From Patescibacteria group bacterium (GTDB lineage: Bacteria; Patescibacteriota; Patescibacteriia; UBA1558; UBA10009): a stretch of 55,527 bases of DNA. Positions 1 through 9,267 of this stretch are shown here, in pieces. Position 1 is the first letter of the stretch. The number at the start of each line of letters is the position of its first letter. Both the position numbers and the translations under genes were made by a program. The notes under the pieces are model-generated. The model ran no database searches. It worked only from the letters and a program-made list of their open reading frames with translations, and was not told the origin of the DNA. The DNA lies in the NCBI GenBank assembly GCA_018818425.1, contig JAHISB010000043.1, positions 1 through 55,527 on the forward strand, given 5' to 3'.

Positions 1-103
1 GATTAGTTTAAATTGTTTCTCGGTTAAATCCGAGGGATAAGGTTTTCGTTTTTGTTTTTGTTGTTGCATAAGAGTGTAAAGTTAATTACTTTATACCCTT
101 ATT

Positions 104-559
104 TTACAACAAAATGAATTTTGCAACCATCTCATTGTATTTGTCCTGATGTTTCCAGTCGGCCATTTCTATGGTCGGGCAGGCCAAATAGGCGCCGGCA
201 GATTCGCCAAGGTAAACCACGCCTTTTTCTATCAGATCTTTGATTACTTTGACAAAGCCGCTTTCTCTGGCGGCCTTTAGCAAATAAAAAGTATTGCCGC
301 CGGAAAGATAGACCGCATCTTTATGTTCCAGCATATTCCATAATTCCAAACTAGTTTTGCCTTCAATATCAATTTCCTGATAGTTAATGCCCAATTCGGC
401 CATCATTTTTTTATTGGCTTCAATATAACCGGTATTGCTGACTCCCTTGGAAGCAGTGGTAATATAAGCCAGTTTGATTTCCTTGGCCGGCTTGCCCACA
501 GCTTTGGCAATGTTTTTATTGATAAAGGTACCATTGGAGCCTAAAAATATTTTCTTCAT
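104..559 (-). CDS. S51-family peptidase (PepE/cyanophycinase-like), short form
   Basis: 151-aa ORF with GGNTF and LGESAGA (nucleophile-elbow Ser at about residue 120) motifs of the dipeptidase E family. It ends roughly 70 aa earlier than PepE, so the His/Glu triad partners are not evident. Confidence 0.5.
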   Translation of the reverse strand: MKKIFLGSNGTFINKNIAKAVGKPAKEIKLAYITTASKGVSNTGYIEANKKMMAELGINYQEIDIEGKTSLELWNMLEHKDAVYLSGGNTFYLLKAARESGFVKVIKDLIEKGVVYLGESAGAYLACPTIEMADWKHQDKYNEMVAKFILL

Positions 560-633
560 AACTTGATTTTATAATTTTTTATAGTTTTAGGCAAATCTAA
601 AACCACCGAGTTTGGCCCGATGGTTTTATTATT

Positions 634-1353
634 TTAGTATTCTCTTACTTTTAAAGAATTATAGATATTAGTATAAATTTCGGCAAAACCCTCTGTTTTT
701 GGTTTATTAATGGTAATTATTTCGCAAGTATGCTGCCAATCATAATCTGCAATCACATGGGGTTTAATATAAATTAAAAATAAGTCAGAATCCACTGTGG
801 CAAACTGGGGATCGGCAGTTGGAGTCCCCAGCCACAAAGTTATATCATAAAATCTTTTATTTTGAATTTCCGAACGTTCTTGACTTTCGATATCAACTCC
901 TGGATAACCTGCTTCAGTCATTGGACATTTTATTTTTGCCAGTTCATTATCGCTAGCGTCATAAAAATGATTTTCGGAATAACCTACGCCACCTTCTAAT
1001 TTTTCAGGATAATAATGCCAGTTTGGAGGAATTTTAAATTCGTAGACATTATAAGTAATGTCTTTCCAGCCGCTTAAATCCGGCCATTCTTCTGCTTCTA
1101 CTAACTCCTCTGATTCTTCAAATTCTATAGCCTGCAGAGTGGCTAGCTGTTATTCTAATAAATCAACTTTTTGCTGAAGCATTTGCAGTTCAGTTTGGTC
1201 GATTTTTTGATTTTGTTTATCGGCTGTGGCCTGCCAAAAATACATTAAAACCACTACTATTATAACAGTGGTCACTACGGCTATAATAATTGGCCAAAAC
1301 TTTTTTGAGCTTGGTTGCGGCTCGTATGTTGGTTGCTCTGTTGGTTGTTCCAT
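634..1353 (-). pseudogene. Membrane-anchored protein in one reading frame interrupted by a single in-frame TAA (1150-1152)
   Basis: ORFs 1150..1353 (TM helix plus coiled coil) and 634..921 are in the same frame. The 76 codons between them (922-1149) are open and contain no ATG/GTG/TTG. Only the TAA at 1150-1152 separates the two parts. Confidence 0.6.
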
Positions 1354-1381
1354 AAATTCTAGATTAATAATAATTATTTAT

Positions 1382-1410
1382 ATCTTACCTTAATTAAACG
1401 CGTTTGTCAA
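1382..1410 (-). promoter_or_regulatory. Sigma70-like promoter TTGACA-17-TAAGAT upstream of the 1353 start
   Basis: Minus-strand TTGACA (1410-1405), 17-nt spacer, TAAGAT (1387-1382), 29 nt upstream of the ATG. Confidence 0.4.
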
Positions 1411-1521
1411 AAAAATATTCAAAAAAGTCCTCTGATAAGATTTAGTCAGATTGATTTTATAGTTTTTTCTGACTTTATGCAAACTAAATGAGGTGCAAAA
1501 TTTTACTGCACGCTCATTATA

Positions 1522-1638
1522 ATCGCTAACGACGCTAACCGGCACGAACGGGTCGCGAACCGCTGACCCAGTCTGGCTGGGCTGATCTTTTTGTTTGCGG
1601 TCAGCGAATGTTCGCTTATGTCAGCGTGGTCAGCGGTT
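1522..1638. repeat. GCTGAC/GCGAAC word-repeat dyad
   Basis: Runs of CGCTAAC, GCACGAAC, GCGAACCGCTGACC face GGTCAGCG, TTCGC, GGTCAGCGGTT. An 11-bp perfect inverted pair is 1558-1568 with 1628-1638. The same word family recurs at 28571-28663. Confidence 0.6.
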
Positions 1639-1675
1639 AAATTATTTTATACCCGCAGATCTCTTTAAAATCGCA
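1637..1675 (-). other. Relic copy of the last 12 codons plus stop of the helicase-nuclease gene
   Basis: The minus strand reads TGC GAT TTT AAA GAG ATC TGC GGG TAT AAA ATA ATT TAA (CDFKEICGYKII*). The helicase end at 2485-2523 reads CDFKDICGYKVI*. 33/39 nt are identical by hand alignment. Confidence 0.7.
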
Positions 1676-2108
1676 AATCAACCAAGCGCTTTTTAATAAA
1701 ATTTTCTGTCGCCTTAACGGTTTCGTTCTTCGCATCAGGCGGGCTCTGGGTAACCCACATAGCAAAGTTATAAAGCTCTTTGGTATCCGCTTTAAGCCAC
1801 TTTTTATTCTTATAAAGAAAGACTAATAAAGTTGTCATAGCGATTCGTTTATTACCGTTTTGAAAAGGATGATTTTTTATCATTAAATAAAAAAGTATAG
1901 CTGCTTTTTTAATAAACCCTTCATAAAGATATTTATTACTGAATTTTTGGAAAGGCATAATCAAGCAACTTTCCAGCTTTTGAGGATAACGAGTAGAAAA
2001 ATCTGGAATCGGTTCATTATAAGTCATCAATTCACGAGCTAGACTAAAAGCGGTATATTCTACCTCTTTTAAAGAAAGGGGGGTAATTATTCTATGATTA
2101 ATCTTCAT
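1665..2108 (-). CDS. doc: Doc-type Fic-fold toxin (death-on-curing family)
   Basis: 147 aa with the Doc variant Fic motif HPFQNGNKR. It overlaps the upstream HTH gene by 11 nt. Confidence 0.8.
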   Translation of the reverse strand: MKINHRIITPLSLKEVEYTAFSLARELMTYNEPIPDFSTRYPQKLESCLIMPFQKFSNKYLYEGFIKKAAILFYLMIKNHPFQNGNKRIAMTTLLVFLYKNKKWLKADTKELYNFAMWVTQSPPDAKNETVKATENFIKKRLVDLRF

Positions 2109-2358
2109 GGGCCAGCATTTTTAATGTTTCACCATATTCTTTAATTGTTTTTTTAATAGCTTTATCTATCTCGCTCTTTGTCCTTTCGTTTAGAGTATCA
2201 ATTAAGGGATTTTCTATATTAGCCCTGTCAATTACATAGTTTCGGCCAACTTTTTTAGCTTTAATCTTACCGCTCTTAATACGTTTAAAAACAGCGATCC
2301 TGCTGATTCCTAATAGTTTTCCAACTTCTACAGTTGAATAAAATTGCTTATTTTTCAT
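2098..2358 (-). CDS. Excisionase/MerR-like HTH DNA-binding protein, probable antitoxin of Doc
   Basis: 86 aa. N-terminal HTH (STVEVGKLLGISRIAVFKRIKSGKI) of the helix_turn_helix_17 type. Translationally coupled to doc. Confidence 0.6.
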   Translation of the reverse strand: MKNKQFYSTVEVGKLLGISRIAVFKRIKSGKIKAKKVGRNYVIDRANIENPLIDTLNERTKSEIDKAIKKTIKEYGETLKMLAHED

Positions 2359-2378
2359 ACTTTTTTAACTATTATTAA

Positions 2379-2438
2379 GTTAACCTATTATATTTAATAT
2401 ATTAACATATGTTAACTTACCTGTCAATAAAGGTTAAC
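2379..2438 (-). promoter_or_regulatory. Promoter TTAACA-17-TATAAT with three GTTAAC palindromes (candidate operator)
   Basis: Minus-strand -35 at 2415-2410 and -10 at 2392-2387. GTTAAC at 2379-2384, 2411-2416 and 2433-2438. A 14-bp palindrome TTAACATATGTTAA at 2402-2415 overlaps the -35. Confidence 0.4.
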
Positions 2439-2484
2439 TTTAGAATATTTTTGGTTCCTGAGCAAAATTCTTTGATCTTAGGTT

Positions 2485-5400
2485 TTAAATCACCTTATAC
2501 CCGCAAATATCCTTAAAATCGCAGAACTTGCACTTATGCAAAGAGGGGGTAACGATTTTGGCATCTTCTTTAAAATCGGTAGTTTCTATCTGGCTGATTT
2601 CTTCGGTAACTTTATTTTTGATTTTTTCCAAGTCATTTTCTTCGCCCAGGAACGAGATTGGCGCATTGTTATCTAAATAATAAAAGGTTAATTTGCTGAC
2701 TTTTTCTTTAAGGACTTCAGTGGCCGCGATCTGATAAATTAACAGCTGTTCTTTGTCGTCAAAAGATAACTTATCTTCTTCTTTGGGCTTGCCGGTTTTA
2801 TAATCTATAATTTCGATGGAGCCGTCTGGGAGCTTATCCACTCTGTCGATAATGCCTTTGATGGTGCGCTCCCCTATCTTGACATTAAACGGCTTTTCTA
2901 AAAATTGAGGAATGATTATTGGTTCAGGTAATTGATTATAAAAATTTTTGAGAATCTCTCTGCCTTTTTTATAATATTCTTCTTTTTGCGATTTTGATTC
3001 GTACCAGTCATCGATCCAGGCCGCTTCATAGAGTTTTAATAATTCCTCTAGACTTATTAACTTATCTAACTTATTAAACTTATTAGACTTATTAGACTTA
3101 TCAAACTTATCTTGACCAAAAAGCTCCGCCTGTTTGCTCTGCGAACGCTCCCTGATTAAATCAAAGAATTTATGCAAAGTATTATGCATGGTCTTGCCAA
3201 AACTGAACTGCCCCTTGCCTTTGACCGGAATCTTTAAAATATGAGCGTATTTATACTGCAAGGGGCAGGTTTCAAAAGCTTTTAATTGAGTGAATGAGAA
3301 TTTAGCTGGCAACTGATCTCTGGCAGGAGGCCTGGCCTTCTGCTCTTGATTTTCTTTTATTTTCTCAAATTTTCCCACACCCTCCGTAACCGACAGCCCG
3401 GCCCGCTTCGCATCGAGGCGAGTTGCCGGCTGCTGTTTATCATCGCCCAGACCGATCTCTGATAAAAATCTGGACAGCTTCTTTTTCCTCTGTCCGCCAT
3501 AGTCTTCTGCCGAAGTAAAGAACAGCCCCTCTTTGGCCCTGGTTATAGCTACATAGAATAGCCGACGCTCCTCTTGAAGATGGATGTCGCCCTCGGGAAT
3601 AATTTCTTTGACTAATTCATCCGGCAGTTCAATTGATTCTGATCTTTGAGTTGTAGGAAACCTTCGGTCAACCAAATTGACAATAAAAACGTATTTAAAT
3701 TCCAGGCCCTTGGCCTGATGAACAGTCATAACCTTGATGGTATCGGGGCCCTCTTCCGCTAAAAGCGACTGCAGCTTTCCCTGCTCGCCCGACTCAAGCT
3801 CTAAATCTAAATTATGCAGATAAGTTTTGATTGACTTATCGTCATGACTGCTTTCAAAGTCTTTAATTTTTTTATAGAACTGCCCCAGATAGTTGAAAGT
3901 TTCCCGCTTGGCTTGCTCCGCCTGCTTATCAATCCATTTAATATAGCCGCTTTGTTCTAAAAAACTTAGGGTGACTTGAACCACCGATTTTTCCTTGGCC
4001 AGCGAGGCATGCTTTTCAATCAAGCTGATGATTTTATCAAGGGAATTTTGCGACTTTTCCGAAATGGCAATCTGGCCCATAAACTGGCGGCTGGTTTCGT
4101 ACAAAGACCAGGACTTTTTATTGGCCAGATGGGTTAAATTTATTAAATCTTTGGGCAACAGATTGACTATGGGCGACATTAAGAGCCGAAAATAAGCCGG
4201 CGACTCGTGGTAGTTATCTAGCATCTTTAAAAAGGCAATAGTATCCATAACCACCGATTTGAGGTACAGACCCTTAGAGGCCACGAACTGGAAAGGCAGC
4301 CCCGCTGTTTCCAGGCCGGCCGTAAAAACATTGGCCTGGTCGTTGGCTCTGACCAAAATGGCAAAATCATTCCACGATGAGTCGCCTTGACTGTAAAGTT
4401 CCTGAATTTTATTGATGACCATCGCCACTTCGTCATCCAATGATTCCTGGTGAAGATGTTCAATGATTCCCTTGCCTTTGAGGGCTGACTTGAGCTTTTT
4501 ACTCAATGCGGTATCTTTGGTTTTGAGTTTTACTTCAAGACGATTCGGATTATTCAATTGAATAAATTTATATGCTGGGTCTAAGATATTTTGATTAGAA
4601 CGATAATTGGTATTTAAAAAAACTTCCTCGGCTTTGGGAAAATCTTTTTTAAACTCGAGAATGTTTGAAATTGAACTCCCACGAAAGGCATAAATTGATT
4701 GATCATCATCTCCGACCACGGTGATGTTATTTCTTGGTTCAGCTAAAAGCTTAATGAGCTGAAATTGGGCGTGGTTCGTATCCTGAAACTCATCAACTAA
4801 AACATAGTGGAATTGATCCCTGTACTTTTTAAGAATCTGCGGCCGGTCTTTAAAAAGTTTTAAGCAATAGTTGATTAAATCGCCAAAATCCAGAGCGTTG
4901 TTATCAAGTAATAATTGCTGATAAACATGGTAAGCGTTGGCTACTTCTTCTAAACGTTTGACTTCCAGCGCTACTGATTCTTCCTGGCGGGCATCGGCAT
5001 CTAAACGCAGTTTTTCCGCATAATCTAAATAGTCCCGCGGAAAAACCAATTCATCTTTACAGCGGGAAAAGTGTTTGATTAAAGCGTGAATGAATTTTGT
5101 GGGATTTCCCAAAGGGCGGTAATAATCCAGTTTGAATTTTTCCAGGTTCTGGCGGACCATCAGCCAGCCTTGGGTTTGATCTAAAAGCTTAAAATCGCCC
5201 GGCAGGCCTATGTCTAAGCCGTGCTGTTCCAAAATTCTTTGGGCAAAACTATGGAACGTTGAAATCCAGAGGTCAACATAGCCGTATGGCAGCAGCTTAT
5301 CCACCCGTTCTTCCATTTCGCCCGCCGCTTTATCGGTGAACGTTAAAGCTAAAACCTGTTCCGGGTTTAATTTCCGGGTTTTGATAAGCCAGCCGATCCT

Positions 5401-5514
5401 TTCGGTAATAACGGTTGTTTTGCCGGTGCCGGCGCCGGCCACAATTAACAACGGCCCTTCTTTAAATTCCACTGCTTTTTTCTGTTCCAGGTTGAGGTTT
5501 TGATAATAGCTCAT
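2485..5514 (-). CDS. UvrD/PcrA-type SF1 helicase fused to a C-terminal PD-(D/E)xK nuclease with Cas4/AddB-type 4-Cys cluster
   Basis: 1009 aa. Walker A AGAGTGKT, DEFQD Walker B, helicase motifs through VMTVHQAKGLEF. C-terminus has IDRVD ... EIIDYKTG ... QLLIYQ plus Cys in FETCPLQY and CKFCDFKDIC. Confidence 0.85.
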   Translation of the reverse strand: MSYYQNLNLEQKKAVEFKEGPLLIVAGAGTGKTTVITERIGWLIKTRKLNPEQVLALTFTDKAAGEMEERVDKLLPYGYVDLWISTFHSFAQRILEQHGLDIGLPGDFKLLDQTQGWLMVRQNLEKFKLDYYRPLGNPTKFIHALIKHFSRCKDELVFPRDYLDYAEKLRLDADARQEESVALEVKRLEEVANAYHVYQQLLLDNNALDFGDLINYCLKLFKDRPQILKKYRDQFHYVLVDEFQDTNHAQFQLIKLLAEPRNNITVVGDDDQSIYAFRGSSISNILEFKKDFPKAEEVFLNTNYRSNQNILDPAYKFIQLNNPNRLEVKLKTKDTALSKKLKSALKGKGIIEHLHQESLDDEVAMVINKIQELYSQGDSSWNDFAILVRANDQANVFTAGLETAGLPFQFVASKGLYLKSVVMDTIAFLKMLDNYHESPAYFRLLMSPIVNLLPKDLINLTHLANKKSWSLYETSRQFMGQIAISEKSQNSLDKIISLIEKHASLAKEKSVVQVTLSFLEQSGYIKWIDKQAEQAKRETFNYLGQFYKKIKDFESSHDDKSIKTYLHNLDLELESGEQGKLQSLLAEEGPDTIKVMTVHQAKGLEFKYVFIVNLVDRRFPTTQRSESIELPDELVKEIIPEGDIHLQEERRLFYVAITRAKEGLFFTSAEDYGGQRKKKLSRFLSEIGLGDDKQQPATRLDAKRAGLSVTEGVGKFEKIKENQEQKARPPARDQLPAKFSFTQLKAFETCPLQYKYAHILKIPVKGKGQFSFGKTMHNTLHKFFDLIRERSQSKQAELFGQDKFDKSNKSNKFNKLDKLISLEELLKLYEAAWIDDWYESKSQKEEYYKKGREILKNFYNQLPEPIIIPQFLEKPFNVKIGERTIKGIIDRVDKLPDGSIEIIDYKTGKPKEEDKLSFDDKEQLLIYQIAATEVLKEKVSKLTFYYLDNNAPISFLGEENDLEKIKNKVTEEISQIETTDFKEDAKIVTPSLHKCKFCDFKDICGYKVI
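3053..3114. repeat. In-frame 9-bp tandem repeat (CTTATTARA, about 6.5 units) inside the helicase gene
   Basis: Encodes DKFDKSNKSNKFNKLDKL between the helicase and nuclease parts. The word matches the intergenic AACTTATTC / AAGTTTAAT repeat at 11757-11832. Confidence 0.8.
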
Positions 5515-5918
5515 GGGGGTATTTTAGCACAATTATTACTTAAGCAAAAACTGATAACTCCTTTCCTTCTGGGCATCCTAAACTCCTGAATTTTCTCTTA
5601 ACAAATATTATCAACTTGATAGGGCAAAAACAAATTCAAAAAACCCCTAGACCACAAAAATCCAAGGGTTTTTATAATGCTATCGGTTACTGATTACCAA
5701 TTACTGAACCGCAAACCCGCTGACCAACGATACGGATTTATTCTGAGTTTGAGATACTGCTAATTTAATATCTTCCAGCGCGCTTTGGGAACAGTCAACA
5801 GCCAGTTTTTTATCTTCTCTTTTTAAAGTTATTAATTTTAATTATTACTGATTAATTAAGTAAAAATGATTTAAAAAAAATAAAGGACCAAGGTAGTCTT
5901 TTAATTAAAAAATGGTCG

Positions 5919-6353
5919 TTATTCGATCATCTTGAATACTAATTGATCATTTTTAACTTTACTGTAACCTATGATAGTTTCTAATTCTGAAAATTCCTTG
6001 TTTAAGATTGTTTTTGCTTTTTGCAAATCTGATTTATACTTTTCTTCTTCATCTTTTTCCGAAGCAAAACTTTTGCTGCCGCCATAGCCGCCGCAGTCCC
6101 AATGATTCATGACAACTATTTTTTTGATTTGATGCAAAGGCCGGCTGACTTCTTTGATAATTCTGATGATTTCTTTGCCCGACACATTGCCTTCGGCAAG
6201 ATTTTTGGCCACGCCAGGCACAGTCAATAAATCAAAATCTTTAAGGCCAAGCTCTTCGCTGACATATTGAATGGTTGCCTGATGAAAACGAAAATCAATG
6301 CAGGTGATTAAAATGGCTTCGGCCTTATGCTGATGTTGATACTTATAGTCCAT
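5919..6353 (-). CDS. Beta-carbonic-anhydrase-like small protein
   Basis: 144 aa with CIDFR (CxDxR) and HWDCG (HxxCG) motifs spaced as in beta-class CA zinc sites. Starts 2 nt after the atpC stop. Confidence 0.4.
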   Translation of the reverse strand: MDYKYQHQHKAEAILITCIDFRFHQATIQYVSEELGLKDFDLLTVPGVAKNLAEGNVSGKEIIRIIKEVSRPLHQIKKIVVMNHWDCGGYGGSKSFASEKDEEEKYKSDLQKAKTILNKEFSELETIIGYSKVKNDQLVFKMIE

Positions 6354-6355
6354 AG

Positions 6356-6808
6356 CTATTCTTCATCTTTTTCAATTTTAATTTGCGGGCTTGGCCTTAG
6401 TTTTTTATATTTTTTAGCCACTTTAAGCCGGGCCATTTCTTTTTCCATCTTGGCGGCCAGGGCCGTGAAATCCACCTCATCGGCGTCTTGCTTTTTTTCT
6501 AATGTATCTTGAGCTTTTCTGCGGCCCGCTTCGGCTCGTTCTATATCTATCTCTTCGACCCTTTCGGCCGTATCAGCCAATATTACTAAATTATTGTTAT
6601 GAAGCTCCACAAACCCGCCGGAAACTGCTATTGGCATTTCCTCGTTGCCTTTTTTAATTAAAATTTCTCCGGGCATTAACGAACTGACCAAAGGCAAATG
6701 GTTGGGCAGAATAGTAATTTCGCCCACCTTGGTCGGCAGGGTTATTTGGTCTATCTCATCTTCATAGACGACACGTTCGGGCGTGGCGATTTTAAACTTT
6801 ATTTTCAT
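6356..6808 (-). CDS. atpC: F1 ATP synthase epsilon subunit
   Basis: 150 aa with a typical N-terminal beta-sandwich (VVTPERVVY-like, GEITILPNHLPL) and C-terminal helices. Confidence 0.9.
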   Translation of the reverse strand: MKIKFKIATPERVVYEDEIDQITLPTKVGEITILPNHLPLVSSLMPGEILIKKGNEEMPIAVSGGFVELHNNNLVILADTAERVEEIDIERAEAGRRKAQDTLEKKQDADEVDFTALAAKMEKEMARLKVAKKYKKLRPSPQIKIEKDEE

Positions 6809-6879
6809 ATATCGCTTATATAATGCGAATTATCGCTAATAATCTCGAATATTTCTCGAATACTTTGACTGATTCGTCA

Positions 6880-6992
6880 GCCGCTTTCTTCTGTCATCCC
6901 GACCAAGGCGGAGGGATCTCGAAGTTGGATTGAACGTTTGTTACCCATCAAGATTCCTCGGCAAGCTCGGAATGACAGTAGAATAAAGCGGC
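6880..6992. repeat. About 113-bp hairpin element immediately 3' of the GIY-YIG gene
   Basis: GCCGCTTTCTTCTGTCATCCCGA (6880-6902) pairs with TCGGAATGACAGTAGAATAAAGCGGC (6967-6992), with small indels. The GC-rich interior contains GGAGGGATCTCGAAG. Confidence 0.55.
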
Positions 6993-6994
6993 CT

Positions 6995-7282
6995 TTAGAC
7001 TACTTCTAACTCTTTTAGATTAGGATTAATTGTTCTTATTAAATTCAGTTTCTTTTCCCTGTTCCATCTTTTTATTTGTTTTTCTCTTTCAATTGCTTCA
7101 TAAATGTCCTCGAAAACTTCATAATAAACTAATTTATCCACATTATACCTGGCTGTAAAACTTTTTGGATTATCAGGGTGTTTATGTTCCCATACCCTTC
7201 TGGCTAAATCATTTGTTAAGCCGGTATATATAACCGTATTTCTAGAATTCATCATTAGATAAACATAATATTCTTTTGCCAT
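6995..7282 (-). CDS. Stand-alone GIY-YIG nuclease-domain protein (UPF0213-like)
   Basis: 95 aa. YYVYLM ... VIYTGLTNDLARRVWEHK matches the GIY-YIG core. Confidence 0.85.
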   Translation of the reverse strand: MAKEYYVYLMMNSRNTVIYTGLTNDLARRVWEHKHPDNPKSFTARYNVDKLVYYEVFEDIYEAIEREKQIKRWNREKKLNLIRTINPNLKELEVV

Positions 7283-7381
7283 ACAAATCGCCTTTCTATA
7301 TTATTTTAGATTGATAATTAAGATGTTATATTCTACATTGTTGTAAATTGGTAATTCTATGTTGGATGAAAAAATTTTTAT

Positions 7382-7732
7382 TTATTTTTTTAGAATCCAA
7401 CGCGAAAGATAACAAATATTATTATTAATTTTTAACATTTCCTCTTTTCTATCTTTTTTATCATCATTTTCCTCAATAATATAATTACATTTATCCTGGC
7501 CATCTTTAGAAATAAATGGGCAAGCGGGGGCAGAAGTTTTATTGTTTTCATTAAAATATGTATAAACACTTAAATCAGATATTCTACATCCATGAGTAGT
7601 AATTTGTGGACGTATTTTCTTCTTTTCCACATTGAAACCAATTATTAAACTAACAATACCAGAGATTAATGCTGCTCCTAGGGATGTAATTATAAGTAAC
7701 CAATATGGGGTTTGTGATTCAAAAATAGGCAT
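7382..7732 (-). CDS. Hypothetical membrane-anchored Cys-containing protein
   Basis: 116 aa, one N-terminal TM helix, very AT-rich. No recognisable family. Confidence 0.35.
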   Translation of the reverse strand: MPIFESQTPYWLLIITSLGAALISGIVSLIIGFNVEKKKIRPQITTHGCRISDLSVYTYFNENNKTSAPACPFISKDGQDKCNYIIEENDDKKDRKEEMLKINNNICYLSRWILKK

Positions 7733-7774
7733 ATATTTATTTATAAAAATTTTTAGATATTGCCGATAACTAAC

Positions 7775-7811
7775 GATACACGATACAGGATACAGGATAC
7801 AAGATACACGA

Positions 7812-7812
<1 letters not shown>
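7775..7812. repeat. 7-bp tandem repeat GATACAS x5.4 abutting the atpD stop
   Basis: GATACAC GATACAG GATACAG GATACAA GATACAC GAT, read directly. Confidence 0.85.
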
Positions 7813-9233
<1,421 letters not shown>

Positions 9234-9267
9234 TTAATTGATAATTTGATAATTGAAAATTTTTCTC

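Noticed and set aside
104-559. S51 peptidase as a truncated pseudogene
   Set aside because: The ORF is about 70 aa shorter than PepE. However, the downstream frame closes again after 5 codons, and I saw no continuing homologous frame by eye. I cannot distinguish a naturally short family member from a truncation.
5515-5918. 404-bp gap between the helicase and the CA-like gene as a possible ncRNA or tRNA locus
   Set aside because: I saw no tRNA-like cloverleaf motifs (no GGTTCRANYCC), only a weak 5-bp hairpin near 5640-5680. The region most likely holds the helicase promoter and an operon terminator. Nothing here can be supported without a search.
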